A stretch of 29,841 nt of DNA from Candidatus Caldarchaeum sp. (GCA_038844785.1 JAWBRA010000020.1:1-29841); one strand, 5' to 3'. Shown: positions 9,467-19,441, counted from the stretch's first letter. Numbers and translations: made by a program. The notes: generated by a model from the sequence alone, not told the origin.

Positions 9467-9819
9467 CAAAAACACACAAGAACCACCCAACAACATACTC
9501 CGGCTTCAAGCCTCCGCTGCACATCCACATTCTTTAAACTTCTCAATTTCCATGACAATGTCACTGGCATGGCCGGAGCCTCTCCCGCAACCAGATGACA
9601 TGTACAGTCAACGGCACTGTCAGGGCCAGGCCCCTCGCCTACATGTGTGGCTGTATGGAGGCTGGCTTATCTGATTGTGGTGTCCGGCGTTAGATAAGTC
9701 TCTCTATGTGTTGGCTCCTGCCTAGCTCAAAGGTCTTAGGTTTAGGATTCCGTGTTAGCTAGAGCCTGTTAGTATGAAATCTTAGTTCAGTAAGCCTGAG
9801 GTGAGAAAGACAGTTTAAC

Positions 9820-10280
9820 CATGCTTACCAACAGACATTCTAAAGACCGCTGTAAAGTCCTTGGAGGAGCAGATGAATGCTATGGCGAAGATAATAGACT
9901 CCGAAGCCATTAAAAGAATACCTTCCTACAGTAGGGTTGTCGGGGCTCTGGGAATCGAGGGTGATAACCATCTACCTGCAAGAGATGCCTTAGCCGAGCT
10001 AATGACATACATGGACTTCAGTCATGAAATTAGGAAAATCAAGGACTACGTTGGGCTGTTCAAAGTTAGCAATGGAAAGAGAAAGATATTCAGCGGAGGG
10101 CCTCGTAAAGCTTTAGAGATGCTGACGATGGCTTTAAAAGGAACTACGATAATCACAGCCAAAGACCAACTACAAACAATCGAGAAAATCAGAGAGGCTG
10201 TCAGGAGAGAGGCTGGAGGTCATCGGCATAGACAGCAGAGAAAAACCACAAGCCGTTATGACGGATGTTTTAACATGTAG
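9820..10280 (+). mobile_element. Possible IS110-family-like transposase C-terminal remnant
   Basis: ALGIEG...ARDALAELMTYMDFSHEIRKIKDYVGL resembles the Transposase_20 pattern GIG..A..LAE..D..F...K..Y.GL. No N-terminal DEDD domain visible. Confidence 0.4.
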
Positions 10281-10490
10281 GGGTCTCACAATCCCATACA
10301 TGACGAAGGATTTAATGTACCGGCCTCTCTCTTTGGGGTTCTTTGATGCTGTCTTGCTGGTTGGCCTCCAGCCAAACCCTCCCTTATTTTTCCCTTCCTT
10401 AAATGAGGTGGTTTAGATTCTTTGGAAAACCTTTACATTGATTCCTCATAGATGTTAACCTTTTTAAGGTTTTGACCGTTGTTTAATTTT

Positions 10491-11252
10491 ATGGCGCAGG
10501 TTTTAGTGGGTTGCTGCGGCTGGGCTGTCAAAGGCGGTAGGAAAGCGTATTTCGGCAGGTTTCCAACGATAGAACTGCAGGAGACTTTCTACAGGCTTCC
10601 GAGACTAGAGACAGCGAGGAGATGGAGGGAGGAGGCGCCAGAAGGTTTCGTGTTCTGCATGAAGGCTTGGCAGGCGGTCTCCCATCCCGTCTCAAGCCCC
10701 ACCTGGCGTAAGGCTGGGCTGAAAGTCGACAAAGAGAAGCAACGAAGTTACGGGTTTCTGAGACCTGTGAAAGAGAACTTCGAAGCTTGGGACATGTCCG
10801 CGGACGTGGCTAAGGCGCTTGGAGCGAAGGTTGTTGTTGTGCAGACCCCGCCCACCATGCCTGCCGACGACCAATCAGTTAGGAACGCTGTGGAGTTCTT
10901 CAGGTATGCGTCATCTTCCGGGTTGAGCGTGGGCTGGGAGCCTAGGGGGAAGATTGCAGCACTAAAGCATGTAGTCTCGGACATATGCGGCAAAACAAAC
11001 ATCATACATGTTACAGACCTGCTTCGGGCAAACCCTGCGGTGGAGTCGCCGATTCTTTACACAAGGCTTCATGGGCTCGGGAGAAAAGAAGTCAACTACT
11101 CATACAAGTACACCGACGAAGACCTCCGAAGGCTTGCGGAGAAAGTCAGCGAATTCAGAGTCGAAGATGCATACGTCATGTTCAACAACGTTTACATGGC
11201 TGATGATGCTGAGAGGTTCACAAAACTTCTGCAGCTAGAGGGGAAGTGTTAG
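10491..11252 (+). CDS. DUF72 (YecE-like TIM-barrel) protein
   Basis: VGCCGW, ELQETFY, F.F.MKAWQ..SH, QTPP, WEPRG, YTRLHG, YVMFNN. Start moved to ATG 10491. Confidence 0.92.
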   Translation: MAQVLVGCCGWAVKGGRKAYFGRFPTIELQETFYRLPRLETARRWREEAPEGFVFCMKAWQAVSHPVSSPTWRKAGLKVDKEKQRSYGFLRPVKENFEAWDMSADVAKALGAKVVVVQTPPTMPADDQSVRNAVEFFRYASSSGLSVGWEPRGKIAALKHVVSDICGKTNIIHVTDLLRANPAVESPILYTRLHGLGRKEVNYSYKYTDEDLRRLAEKVSEFRVEDAYVMFNNVYMADDAERFTKLLQLEGKC

Positions 11253-11555
11253 ACGGCCGAGGAACCTGCTTATACCGTCTTTCTCCATTTTGGCGGCAAG
11301 GCTTTCCGCAACCCTGCAAGGCATGGTGTTGGACATGGCTTTTACATATCCGTCGCCATCGCACAAAACCAGCAGACATAGATTCTCACCTTTGTTGACT
11401 ATTGCGTAAAAGTTTTCCTCACCCACGGGAGCCCAGCCGTCAGGGCTTTCTTTCACGATCATTGCGGCCAACGCGATTCCCGTGTATTTTGCCAGAAGGT
11501 TCTGCGACCTTAAAGCCGCTGCCTCACCCAGCCTGACGGCCTGATAGTACTGCAT
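11235..11555 (-). CDS. Conserved hypothetical protein
   Basis: 106 aa from ATG 11555 (MQYYQAVRLG...PVGEENF...DGDGYVKA). It resembles from memory a small Nitrososphaerota family, unverified. Divergent from the next gene. Confidence 0.7.
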   Translation of the reverse strand: MQYYQAVRLGEAAALRSQNLLAKYTGIALAAMIVKESPDGWAPVGEENFYAIVNKGENLCLLVLCDGDGYVKAMSNTMPCRVAESLAAKMEKDGISRFLGRLTLPL

Positions 11556-11628
11556 GGATGAAAACCATCGTGGCTGAATTAAACCTCTACGGCTAAAGCT
11601 TATCAACATCCTGCAAGCCGTCTGAAAC

Positions 11629-11928
11629 ATGATCATACGTGTATGGACCTGTTCCTTAAAGAGCGGGGCTGAGAAAGCTTTTCAAAAGTTCGCTTTGGAA
11701 GACGCGCTGCCGCTGTTGAGGAGGCAGGATGGCTGTTTGAACGCGTTCTTCGGTGTTGACGAGTCTCAGCCGGCGAAAGCTGTGGTGGTCACGGTTTGGC
11801 GGGACCTCGATGCCCTGAAGGGTTTCACGGGCGAGAACTGGAGGGAGCCCTTCATCCACCCCAACGAAGCAGGTCTTCTGGCGGAGAAGCCTAGAGTCGA
11901 GCATTACAGGCTTCTGGGCGGCCTGTGA
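11629..11928 (+). CDS. Antibiotic biosynthesis monooxygenase (ABM)/dimeric alpha-beta barrel protein
   Basis: MIIRVW...RQDGC...VVTVWRDLDALKGFTG...VEHY pattern, 99 aa. Confidence 0.8.
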   Translation: MIIRVWTCSLKSGAEKAFQKFALEDALPLLRRQDGCLNAFFGVDESQPAKAVVVTVWRDLDALKGFTGENWREPFIHPNEAGLLAEKPRVEHYRLLGGL

Positions 11929-12021
11929 TATCCGTATAGGGAGCTGCCTTCCAGAAAAAATGTCCGGCGTATTAAGGGGGCAATACCTTAATAACGTCAG
12001 CCTACGGCGGAGAGAAAAGCC

Positions 12022-12027
12022 TTTAAA
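12022..12027 (+). promoter_or_regulatory. BRE/TATA box upstream of histone gene
   Basis: gagaaaagcc-TTTAAA about 30 nt before ATG 12058. Confidence 0.55.
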
Positions 12028-12057
12028 GCCTTTTTCAGCCTTTAACCCCGACCGGAA

Positions 12058-12234
12058 ATGGGGAAGGAATTGCTTGTTGTGGAGTCTAGAGTCAGGGAAG
12101 CCCTACCTGAGGGGATAAGGCTTAGCGCCGACGCTTTAGAGGGACTCGACGCTGTTGTCAGGGAGCTGATTGCGAAAGCTGTCAAGAGATGTCAGGCAAA
12201 CGGCAGGAAGACGCTGGTCAAGGAAGACTTTTAA
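12058..12234 (+). CDS. Histone-fold protein, short-alpha3 (face-to-face-like) type; absent from the ORF track
   Basis: 58 aa MGKELLVVESRVREALPEGIRLSADALEGLDAVVRELIAKAVKRCQANGRKTLVKEDF: L1 RLSADA, long alpha2, L2 GRKT-x4-D. Confidence 0.9.
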   Translation: MGKELLVVESRVREALPEGIRLSADALEGLDAVVRELIAKAVKRCQANGRKTLVKEDF

Positions 12235-12279
12235 CGTCCTCGAACGCTGTCCCCTTGCGCTTTCAACGTAGGGCTTAGG

Positions 12280-13419
12280 CTATTTTTTAGAAGTCTTAAC
12301 CTCCAGCGGCTTGAACCTAGGCTTCAGCTTCTCGATTATCTGAGGCAAAGTCGTGTACTCCATCTCCTCATGCCCAAGCCTTGCAGGCTCAAACTCACCC
12401 ATGCTTCTCAGCATGATTGCTGTCTCAGCCGCCTTCGCTCTGACATAATCCCAGAACGGGTCTTCAAACAAGTCACTAGGCTCCAGCCCGTCAACACCAA
12501 CCAGCCGTCCGTGAGACACCTGCCAGCCCATCGCAATAACTCTCGGGGGGCCGTCAAAGTATGAGACGACGTTCTGACCCTTGCGGAAGGAGACAGGCAT
12601 GAGCGGCCCTCTATGAGAGCCTCTCATCCACCCCGAAACAATAGTAGGCTGTGCAAACGCGCTCAGGATCTCGCCAACCGCTGGAAAGCCCGCCTGAGCA
12701 CGCACAACCATCACAGGGTCGTCTTTCCCAACGTATCTTCCGGCTATGAGGCTTAGACGCGTTGTGCTTGCAGCTGCTGCCGGCTCTCCATCCGCTGCTC
12801 TGTAAATCTTCGAGATGGCATACCTTCCTACAGTTCCTATCAAAGCAATCAGGTCATACATTTCCTCTGGTGTTTTGAGCAAAACAGACCATGATTCTAT
12901 CAGGTCTAGGACCTCAAACTTGAAGCCGTCGTGGAGTGTCGGGTCTATCACAAGCCCTGCTGTGTTGTCGGGCGATGCGAAAATCCGGTACAGCGGCAGG
13001 TTCCAAGCCCCAGGCTCCGTTTTATCCGCTGCAAAAACTATCACGGGGTCTGACTTTCTCTCCTCAAACTCTATCTCAGCCACACCCGGCCCGAGGCCTT
13101 TTACGTTGCCGCTGAAGGCGTCGGATAGAAGGTCCTGACCCGCTGCGTAGAGCTTTAAAGGCTTAGCCACCTTCTCAGAGACATCTTTGAAAATGCTCCA
13201 TGCAAGCCCATGGACTTCAGGGTTGTCCTCACCCTTGAAATGGCTCATCACAAGGATGATGTCGTCGCCGCAATGGTTTACGTATCCGCTGTTGATCAAG
13301 CCGGTTTGTTCAGCCTCCTTCAACTTCGCCGAAGCCGCTTCAATCATTTTAGAATGCGGTCTGTGATGGCCTGTCACGCTGCCGACATCCGCCTTAATCA
13401 CGGAGACCGTTGTCCTCAT
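12280..13419 (-). CDS. fbp: Fructose-1,6-bisphosphate aldolase/phosphatase (class V FBPase)
   Basis: SVIKADVGS..GH, GDDI, YAAGQDLLSDAFSGNVKGLGPG, DKTEPGAWN, Schiff-base YVGKDDP, GWMRGSH. Confidence 0.96.
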   Translation of the reverse strand: MRTTVSVIKADVGSVTGHHRPHSKMIEAASAKLKEAEQTGLINSGYVNHCGDDIILVMSHFKGEDNPEVHGLAWSIFKDVSEKVAKPLKLYAAGQDLLSDAFSGNVKGLGPGVAEIEFEERKSDPVIVFAADKTEPGAWNLPLYRIFASPDNTAGLVIDPTLHDGFKFEVLDLIESWSVLLKTPEEMYDLIALIGTVGRYAISKIYRAADGEPAAAASTTRLSLIAGRYVGKDDPVMVVRAQAGFPAVGEILSAFAQPTIVSGWMRGSHRGPLMPVSFRKGQNVVSYFDGPPRVIAMGWQVSHGRLVGVDGLEPSDLFEDPFWDYVRAKAAETAIMLRSMGEFEPARLGHEEMEYTTLPQIIEKLKPRFKPLEVKTSKK

Positions 13420-13430
13420 ACAGCTTCAAG

Positions 13431-14960
13431 TTACTTGCTGCGTGCTTGGTAAAAGGTCTTGCGCACCCGCCATACTTTATACACAGCATAGCCCAGCAAA
13501 GCCGTCATAAGTATAGCTGAAATTCTTAAGGAGGCTAGGGCTGCGGGGTTGTCGACCACGATAATAGTCAAAGTTGTGTCGGCCGTCAAGGCGAAGGTTG
13601 TTGGAGAAAAGCTTCCTGGGTCGACGGCGTTTATGACGTATGTTTGAGGGGGGAGTAGGGAGGTTTTTTCACCGTCGTCCTTTGAGGTAAAACCGTTGAT
13701 TTCGACTATTCTGGGACCCTGATGGATAGTTCCGTTGGGATAGACAAGCCTTGGCAAAAAACGGAACAGGTTTACGTAAATGTCCAAGTACTGTCCTGAC
13801 TTGATTTCAACCTGCGTGACATCTGCCACCCAGCCTTTGAAACCAAGCCTAACGTTTGCGGTCCTCGACGGGTTTACTGACGAGCCGTTCGAATAGTCGG
13901 AGACTGTCAGAATGTTGTAAAAAGCCAGAAGCGTCTCGCCACCGAGTTTATGCCAGCTAGAGCCTTCCAAAATCAGCTGGTAATCTTCTACATACACGCT
14001 GTGCTGGCTGTCGTAAACCCTTAAAACCGCGAGCGGTGGTTTAAGCTTCAACAGCCAAACGTTCCCCAGCTCATCGCCCACGACCAACGTATAGTTCTTT
14101 TCAAATGCTTCGCGGAAACCTGCTCTTACCGTTTTAGCAAGGCCTTTAAAACCGCCTAGATTTTTTGGAACTATTGTTATCTCGCGCTCGTAGACGACCC
14201 TACTGTCGCCCAGCGTCACAAGCCTTACAACGTGTTGTCCATAACTCAGAACCCGCAGGCCTGAGGGGCCTGAAGACCCTTCATCAGGTAGGTTGATTGA
14301 AAAGCTCATCAGCCCACCGCGTCCTCTCCCCTGGACAACCTGCGACAAAACAAGCTGGTCAAGCTCTATACCGTATGGGGTTCCTTGGAGCCTTCCGCTG
14401 TACCTAATACGCTCAGCCTTCCTAACCAGGTCAAACCTTAGCAGCGGGGTGTTCAGGTTTTCCAACGTTAACTGGATGTTTGCGCCTGGCGTGAAAACCA
14501 TGTCGTCGGACTGGGCTTGGAAGAGGGCAAAGCTTTGAGGGGGTGCGGACGCGCTCATAATTATCTCAGAGTTCTCCACAAAAACTGAAACAGTTACGGA
14601 TGGTTTAAACACCGGAGCTTCAACAATAACTATTAGATTCAATCCATTGTCGGTTGTCAGAATCCATTCGCCGACATCGTTGAACGTAAATTTCTTCAAA
14701 ACCTTTAGCGCGCCGTCTTGGATAAACACCCTATCCATGAGGCCTCTAGGCGATGTGAGGGTTACGGAGCCGTCACGGCCCATAAGCCGTACGGTAAGGC
14801 TTTCACCAACCCTCGCCGTGAGGATGCCGCCGTCAAGAAGCGGAAGCATCTGCTCTCCTCCAAAGCCAACAAGCCAGTATTGTGTGAGCGCCTGCTCCAC
14901 GTAAGCAATGTTTGTAAAAACAAGCGATAACGCCAGCAAAAAGCTAAGCATCCCTGTCAC
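13431..14960 (-). CDS. Large membrane-anchored extracellular hypothetical protein
   Basis: N-terminal signal-like hydrophobic stretch, beta-rich body, C-terminal TM followed by a basic tail. Last gene of the MoxR cluster. Confidence 0.75.
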   Translation of the reverse strand: MTGMLSFLLALSLVFTNIAYVEQALTQYWLVGFGGEQMLPLLDGGILTARVGESLTVRLMGRDGSVTLTSPRGLMDRVFIQDGALKVLKKFTFNDVGEWILTTDNGLNLIVIVEAPVFKPSVTVSVFVENSEIIMSASAPPQSFALFQAQSDDMVFTPGANIQLTLENLNTPLLRFDLVRKAERIRYSGRLQGTPYGIELDQLVLSQVVQGRGRGGLMSFSINLPDEGSSGPSGLRVLSYGQHVVRLVTLGDSRVVYEREITIVPKNLGGFKGLAKTVRAGFREAFEKNYTLVVGDELGNVWLLKLKPPLAVLRVYDSQHSVYVEDYQLILEGSSWHKLGGETLLAFYNILTVSDYSNGSSVNPSRTANVRLGFKGWVADVTQVEIKSGQYLDIYVNLFRFLPRLVYPNGTIHQGPRIVEINGFTSKDDGEKTSLLPPQTYVINAVDPGSFSPTTFALTADTTLTIIVVDNPAALASLRISAILMTALLGYAVYKVWRVRKTFYQARSK

Positions 14961-15657
14961 GCAAAACCACAGCCGCTAAAACAGTTAACACCGCCCCTGT
15001 AGCCAAAAGAACCAACGGGGTAACCGCTGGAAACAGGTAAACTGTTGCGGTTCCCAAGGCAACTGCAATGACTGAAGCCACCGCCGACTTCAGAAAAACA
15101 GACGTTATAACAACGGTCTTTCTCCCAGCGATTCCAAGCATAAGCGCTAGCGTAGCCATAGCCGTAATAGATGTAAGTAGTGGAGAGGCAGGTGTTTCGG
15201 GCGGGATTAGGTTCAGCTGGTCGCGTGAGAAAAAGCCCACCAGATTTCTGACGAGGTTGACGAACACCGTCTCAGGAGTGGCGTTCCCCGTCCCTGCAAC
15301 ACCATAGATCAGCAGGGAGGTTGTGTAGGCTGAGAAATAGCCCGACAACATGCCTGCAGCTGTGCGGCTGCTGTAGGCGGCCACGGCCAGAACTAATGGC
15401 GCGGCTAGTATGTATCCTGCTGCAAGGCCTAAAAAAGGTGCGGCTACACCGGTCAGCAGCAAGCCTACAGTATAGATTGCAGGTATGTAAACAAGCCCTA
15501 CACCCATCCACTTGAACTTATCCGTAGAAGATATCAGAAGAAGCGACACTATTCCAACAACAACATAGTAGTTGCTAAGGTTTACCTTCGATATTGCGAG
15601 TAGGGAGACCACTATGGGTGGTGCGAGAGCTGAAAGTGCTATAACACGTCTCATCAT
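14944..15657 (-). CDS. Polytopic membrane protein
   Basis: 237 aa, mostly hydrophobic helices, overlaps both neighbours. Confidence 0.75.
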   Translation of the reverse strand: MMRRVIALSALAPPIVVSLLAISKVNLSNYYVVVGIVSLLLISSTDKFKWMGVGLVYIPAIYTVGLLLTGVAAPFLGLAAGYILAAPLVLAVAAYSSRTAAGMLSGYFSAYTTSLLIYGVAGTGNATPETVFVNLVRNLVGFFSRDQLNLIPPETPASPLLTSITAMATLALMLGIAGRKTVVITSVFLKSAVASVIAVALGTATVYLFPAVTPLVLLATGAVLTVLAAVVLRDRDA

Positions 15658-16910
15658 GACACAGCCCTGAGCATTCTGTGGAGGTGAGAGAGATGATGAG
15701 GTATCTCATGCTGTTTGACTGAGGTTACGAACCCGGCATGTTTCTTCATGGTTTCTATCCTAGACATCTCCAGCTCGGCTAGAACCCGCTCAATCTCTCC
15801 CTCCGCTTCAAGAACCGGTATGACGACGAAAAAAACTCCCCCGTACCTTCTAACCTCTTCACCGGCTTGCTTCAACTGCTGTCCGCTGACGAAAGCCAAG
15901 CGTCCCAGCAGGAACACAGCGTCAAAACCCTTCACTTTCTCCATCTCCTTCAAAAAGTCGAAATTAACGCCAGGCTTGAGCACTGTCAAAAAGTTTGTCA
16001 ATCCTTCAAGATCCTTTGTACCTGTTGCGGTGTAGGAGCTGGGCTCCGAAGCACCCAATGCTTTCACGGTCACTATATCGCCTTTCTCAAGCATGGCCCG
16101 TGATGTGGAGGCGACGGCTGAGATGACGGTGTCCAAAACAGGCGGTTTTCCAACCATGTTGGAGACAGTACAGTCTAAGAGGAACAGGACCTTCAGTCTG
16201 TTGAGCCTGTCGTATTTTCTGACGTAGATCTCGCCGTCGTCCCTCGCAGTCCTACGCCAGTCTATGCTTTTAAGAGGCTGTCCCTCTTCATATTTCGTTA
16301 TCTCCCTGAACACGTCGTCAGCACCGTACTTGACTGACGAGCCTGTGCCTGAAAAAGATAGGGCGTGAACCCATCTAACACCTTCCACTAGCTTAGGCTT
16401 CTCAGAAGGCACGGGTTTTACCAAAACTTTGGCCTCTTTCTCTAAAGTTATGTACTTACAGCAAATTCCATAGTCGTCAGCGACTTTGACGACCAGCGGG
16501 CCTAGGGTGTAAACTCCTCTCCCCGGCGGTCTAAGGGAATACTTTAACACGGCCACGTCGTTGGGTTTGAGAAATCTCTCAACGGTAGAGGTGCCTTGGA
16601 CAAGCTGCAAACCTTCAAAACTGTCAATCACCGTAAGATGTAAAGCCCTGGACGACCTGTTTGTCACGGAGACTTGTACCTCCAACACTTCGCCTGGCCT
16701 AGGCTGGTTTGGGAAGATTTTTCTGCTGAAGACAAAGTCTGTCGGCTTTAAAGTTTTGAGGTTTTTCGCCGCCATCAGCACGTAGGAAAACGCGAAGACC
16801 GTGACTGCGAAGAGCGAGAGGGTAAGAGGCGGATACACTATCACCGTGGTGGTGAGGAGCAATAGGATGAAGGATGCGACGACTAGGTTAAACCCTTCAT
16901 GAGTCAGCAT
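15654..16910 (-). CDS. DUF58 domain protein (MoxR partner, vWA-like)
   Basis: RGVYTLGP, FREITKYEEGQPLKSIDWRRTAR, YVRKY, MIDAS-like LLDCTVSNM. Confidence 0.9.
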   Translation of the reverse strand: MLTHEGFNLVVASFILLLLTTTVIVYPPLTLSLFAVTVFAFSYVLMAAKNLKTLKPTDFVFSRKIFPNQPRPGEVLEVQVSVTNRSSRALHLTVIDSFEGLQLVQGTSTVERFLKPNDVAVLKYSLRPPGRGVYTLGPLVVKVADDYGICCKYITLEKEAKVLVKPVPSEKPKLVEGVRWVHALSFSGTGSSVKYGADDVFREITKYEEGQPLKSIDWRRTARDDGEIYVRKYDRLNRLKVLFLLDCTVSNMVGKPPVLDTVISAVASTSRAMLEKGDIVTVKALGASEPSSYTATGTKDLEGLTNFLTVLKPGVNFDFLKEMEKVKGFDAVFLLGRLAFVSGQQLKQAGEEVRRYGGVFFVVIPVLEAEGEIERVLAELEMSRIETMKKHAGFVTSVKQHEIPHHLSHLHRMLRAVS

Positions 16911-17869
16911 TAGACAGGCACCGCCACAGAGCTTAGATACTCGTTTACCAAGCTTGTGACAAACCCGTAGTCAGGCGTCTTCGACAGGCTTGAGTACTCA
17001 GGCTTTGGCTGTAGACGGTGGTTTAACACCCTGAAGAATACCTTTTTGATGTCGTCGGGGATGACGTATCGTCTCCCGCTGATGGCGGCTAAGGCTTTCG
17101 CAGCATAAAGCAGGGCTATTTCAGCCCTAGGGCTAGCCCCTATCGCAAGCCTATTGTCACTGCGGCTGATGGAGGCTATGTCTACGATGTACTTTATCAC
17201 GTCAGGGGCCACTGTGACGTTTCGGACCTCCTCAACCGCCGCATTGATCAACTCTTTCTCTACCACAGTCTGTATGGGAATATCGTCGCCGAGAACGTTT
17301 TTCATCTCCAGTATCTGCCTCTCCTCTTCCGGCGTGGGGTATGAAACTATGACACGCATCATGAACCTGTCCACCTCAGCCTCTGGGAGAGGGAATGTTC
17401 CCTCAAGCTCGATTGGGTTCTGAGTGGCTATGACGAGGAAAGGTTCGGGAAGCCTGTATGTAACACCTTCTACGGTGACCTGTCTCTCCTGCATCGCTTC
17501 CAGCAGGGCAGACTGACTCCTCGGCGGCGCCCTGTTAATCTCATCTATCAAAACCATGTTGGCGAAAATTGGACCAGGCCTGAACTCAAGCTCCCCCGAC
17601 TTTCTGTTGAAAACAAGACCTCCTATGATGTCTGAGGGGAGAATGTCTGATGTGAACTGGATCCTTTTGAACTTTAGCCCCAGCGAAAGCGCGAAAGACT
17701 TTGCGAGAAGTGTTTTCGCAAGTCCTGGAACCCCCTCCATGATTATGTGGCCGCCGGTGAATAAGGCTATCAGAAGTGATTCGATAGCCTCCTCCATGCC
17801 TACGATAACCTTGCCCACCTCACGTTTCACGTTCTCAGCAACCGCAGCTGCAACCGTCCTCTCACGCAT
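16910..17869 (-). CDS. moxR: MoxR family AAA+ ATPase
   Basis: Walker A EGVPGLAKT, RIQFTSDILPSD, Walker B IDEINRA, ATQNPIE.EGTFPLPEA, GASPR. Confidence 0.95.
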   Translation of the reverse strand: MRERTVAAAVAENVKREVGKVIVGMEEAIESLLIALFTGGHIIMEGVPGLAKTLLAKSFALSLGLKFKRIQFTSDILPSDIIGGLVFNRKSGELEFRPGPIFANMVLIDEINRAPPRSQSALLEAMQERQVTVEGVTYRLPEPFLVIATQNPIELEGTFPLPEAEVDRFMMRVIVSYPTPEEERQILEMKNVLGDDIPIQTVVEKELINAAVEEVRNVTVAPDVIKYIVDIASISRSDNRLAIGASPRAEIALLYAAKALAAISGRRYVIPDDIKKVFFRVLNHRLQPKPEYSSLSKTPDYGFVTSLVNEYLSSVAVPV

Positions 17870-18134
17870 GCTTTTTCACCAGTGCTTCAAGCTTCTCCAA
17901 CACAGCTTTTTCACCTGAATAGCGGTTAGATCTCTGAAGTCGTTTCAAAACTCCCAGCATTTCTCTGAATCTTTCCTGCGAAAGAAAAGTATACAACAAA
18001 GCATAATCATCCAGACCTTTGTAGAGGTCTTCGCTTGAACCTGTCTTCTTTCTTCTTTCACGGGGCATGAGGATGATGGCAGCCAGCCCGACTAAGGCAA
18101 AGCCAAGCACTGCAGCTAAAGGCCAGTCAACCAT
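17862..18134 (-). CDS. Small single-TM protein
   Basis: Start moved to ATG 18134 (MVDWPLAAVLGFALVGLAAIIL), which overlaps the stop of the upstream gene. Confidence 0.7.
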   Translation of the reverse strand: MVDWPLAAVLGFALVGLAAIILMPRERRKKTGSSEDLYKGLDDYALLYTFLSQERFREMLGVLKRLQRSNRYSGEKAVLEKLEALVKKHA

Positions 18135-18582
18135 TTCTCTCCATCTCTTCCGCCAGCTTTTCAAGGCTTGACCGGAAACGCTCCAGCTCTTCAGGGCCCG
18201 GCGGAACAAGTCCGTATCTCACAGGCTCATAAACAGAGTACATTTCTGAAAGAAATGTCTTGACGTTTTTAGGCAGCTTTCCGCTTTCCAAAAACTCTTT
18301 CACAGTCAGGTTTTTGCCGTCAACCCCTGTAATACTGCATATCTTTCTGAAGCATTGGACGAATGTTTGTGTCACCGCGTCGGAAGCGTTTCCCTGCCCA
18401 ATTAGTTTCTGGAAAAGGGTAATCTCGTTTCTGAAGTCTGGCCCTGTCGACTTTTGCTCGACGCGGCTTGCCGTACGCATCATCGAATACCTTATCAACA
18501 CAAGTCCAACAACCGCCGCCGTGAGAAACAAGTTCACGGCAAGCCAGAACGAAACATCATACAGATATGAATCCATCGTCAC
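18127..18582 (-). CDS. DUF4129-like membrane-anchored protein
   Basis: N-terminal TM, then LTVKEF...YEPVRYG motif (T.rE...YE.arYg) in a MoxR context. Confidence 0.7.
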   Translation of the reverse strand: MTMDSYLYDVSFWLAVNLFLTAAVVGLVLIRYSMMRTASRVEQKSTGPDFRNEITLFQKLIGQGNASDAVTQTFVQCFRKICSITGVDGKNLTVKEFLESGKLPKNVKTFLSEMYSVYEPVRYGLVPPGPEELERFRSSLEKLAEEMERNG

Positions 18583-19325
18583 GTCATCCTCAGCAGCTCG
18601 TTCTCAACCCTGTAAACTGGAACATAGCTTTCCTCTAAAGAGACGATCTGAATCATGTCAGGAACCAGGGCAGCCGTCGTAAGTGTTTCAGGGGTCTCCG
18701 GGGTTACGATGTATGTGAAAGGACCCTGGTATGGGATTTCAGCCAAGTTGAGGTAGGCCGTCAACCCTTCACCCGTAAACACCTTGTAGTACTGTTTGAA
18801 GTCTATGTAGGTGAGGTAAGGGCTTCCAACATAGACCGTTGAGTTGGGGGGCGGTGTATATGATGCTAGAACATACGATGATGATGTGGACGTGTCTATG
18901 GATATGTTGACCGCTGTGATTTTAAGCCTGTATTCAACGTAACGTACCCGCAGCTCTGTGACCTGTGTTTCTACTTCTATCTCGACGCTGTAGGTTGGAA
19001 AAAGCGACTGGGGTGAGCTGATTGTTACCATATGTTTTCCAGGGGTTGTCGAGAAATAGGCATATCCATTAAAGTTTGTGACGCCTACCTTCTCATCCAG
19101 CTTCACAATCAATCGTGGCACAAACCTTGGCTGCATCTCAACACCGTTAACCACGGTTATTTTTTCAACCCGCACGCGTAAAAGATATGGTTTTGAAGGC
19201 GTCTCGCCGAAGGAGAGGTCTAAAGTGAAAGATGTGCGTCCAAACGGGGGCATGATCTGAAATAGGTTAAACAGTACCAGCAGCGAGGCGGTCGCCAAAA
19301 CTAGGACAATCTTCTGACGGTCCAA
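18579..19325 (-). CDS. Secreted/membrane-anchored beta-sandwich protein, first gene of the MoxR cluster
   Basis: N-terminal hydrophobic signal. GVTNFNGYAYF..PGKHMVTI resembles a prealbumin/carboxypeptidase-regulatory-like fold. Confidence 0.7.
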   Translation of the reverse strand: MDRQKIVLVLATASLLVLFNLFQIMPPFGRTSFTLDLSFGETPSKPYLLRVRVEKITVVNGVEMQPRFVPRLIVKLDEKVGVTNFNGYAYFSTTPGKHMVTISSPQSLFPTYSVEIEVETQVTELRVRYVEYRLKITAVNISIDTSTSSSYVLASYTPPPNSTVYVGSPYLTYIDFKQYYKVFTGEGLTAYLNLAEIPYQGPFTYIVTPETPETLTTAALVPDMIQIVSLEESYVPVYRVENELLRMT

Positions 19326-19441
19326 ACTATTTATCCTATTATGATGGCTTTCTCTTATGCTTTTATCTATTTCCCAGCGTGTTATGCCTCCTAAGCCTGT
19401 AGGGGGTAGGCTGGAGAAAGATTCTTTATTACTACGTAAGT

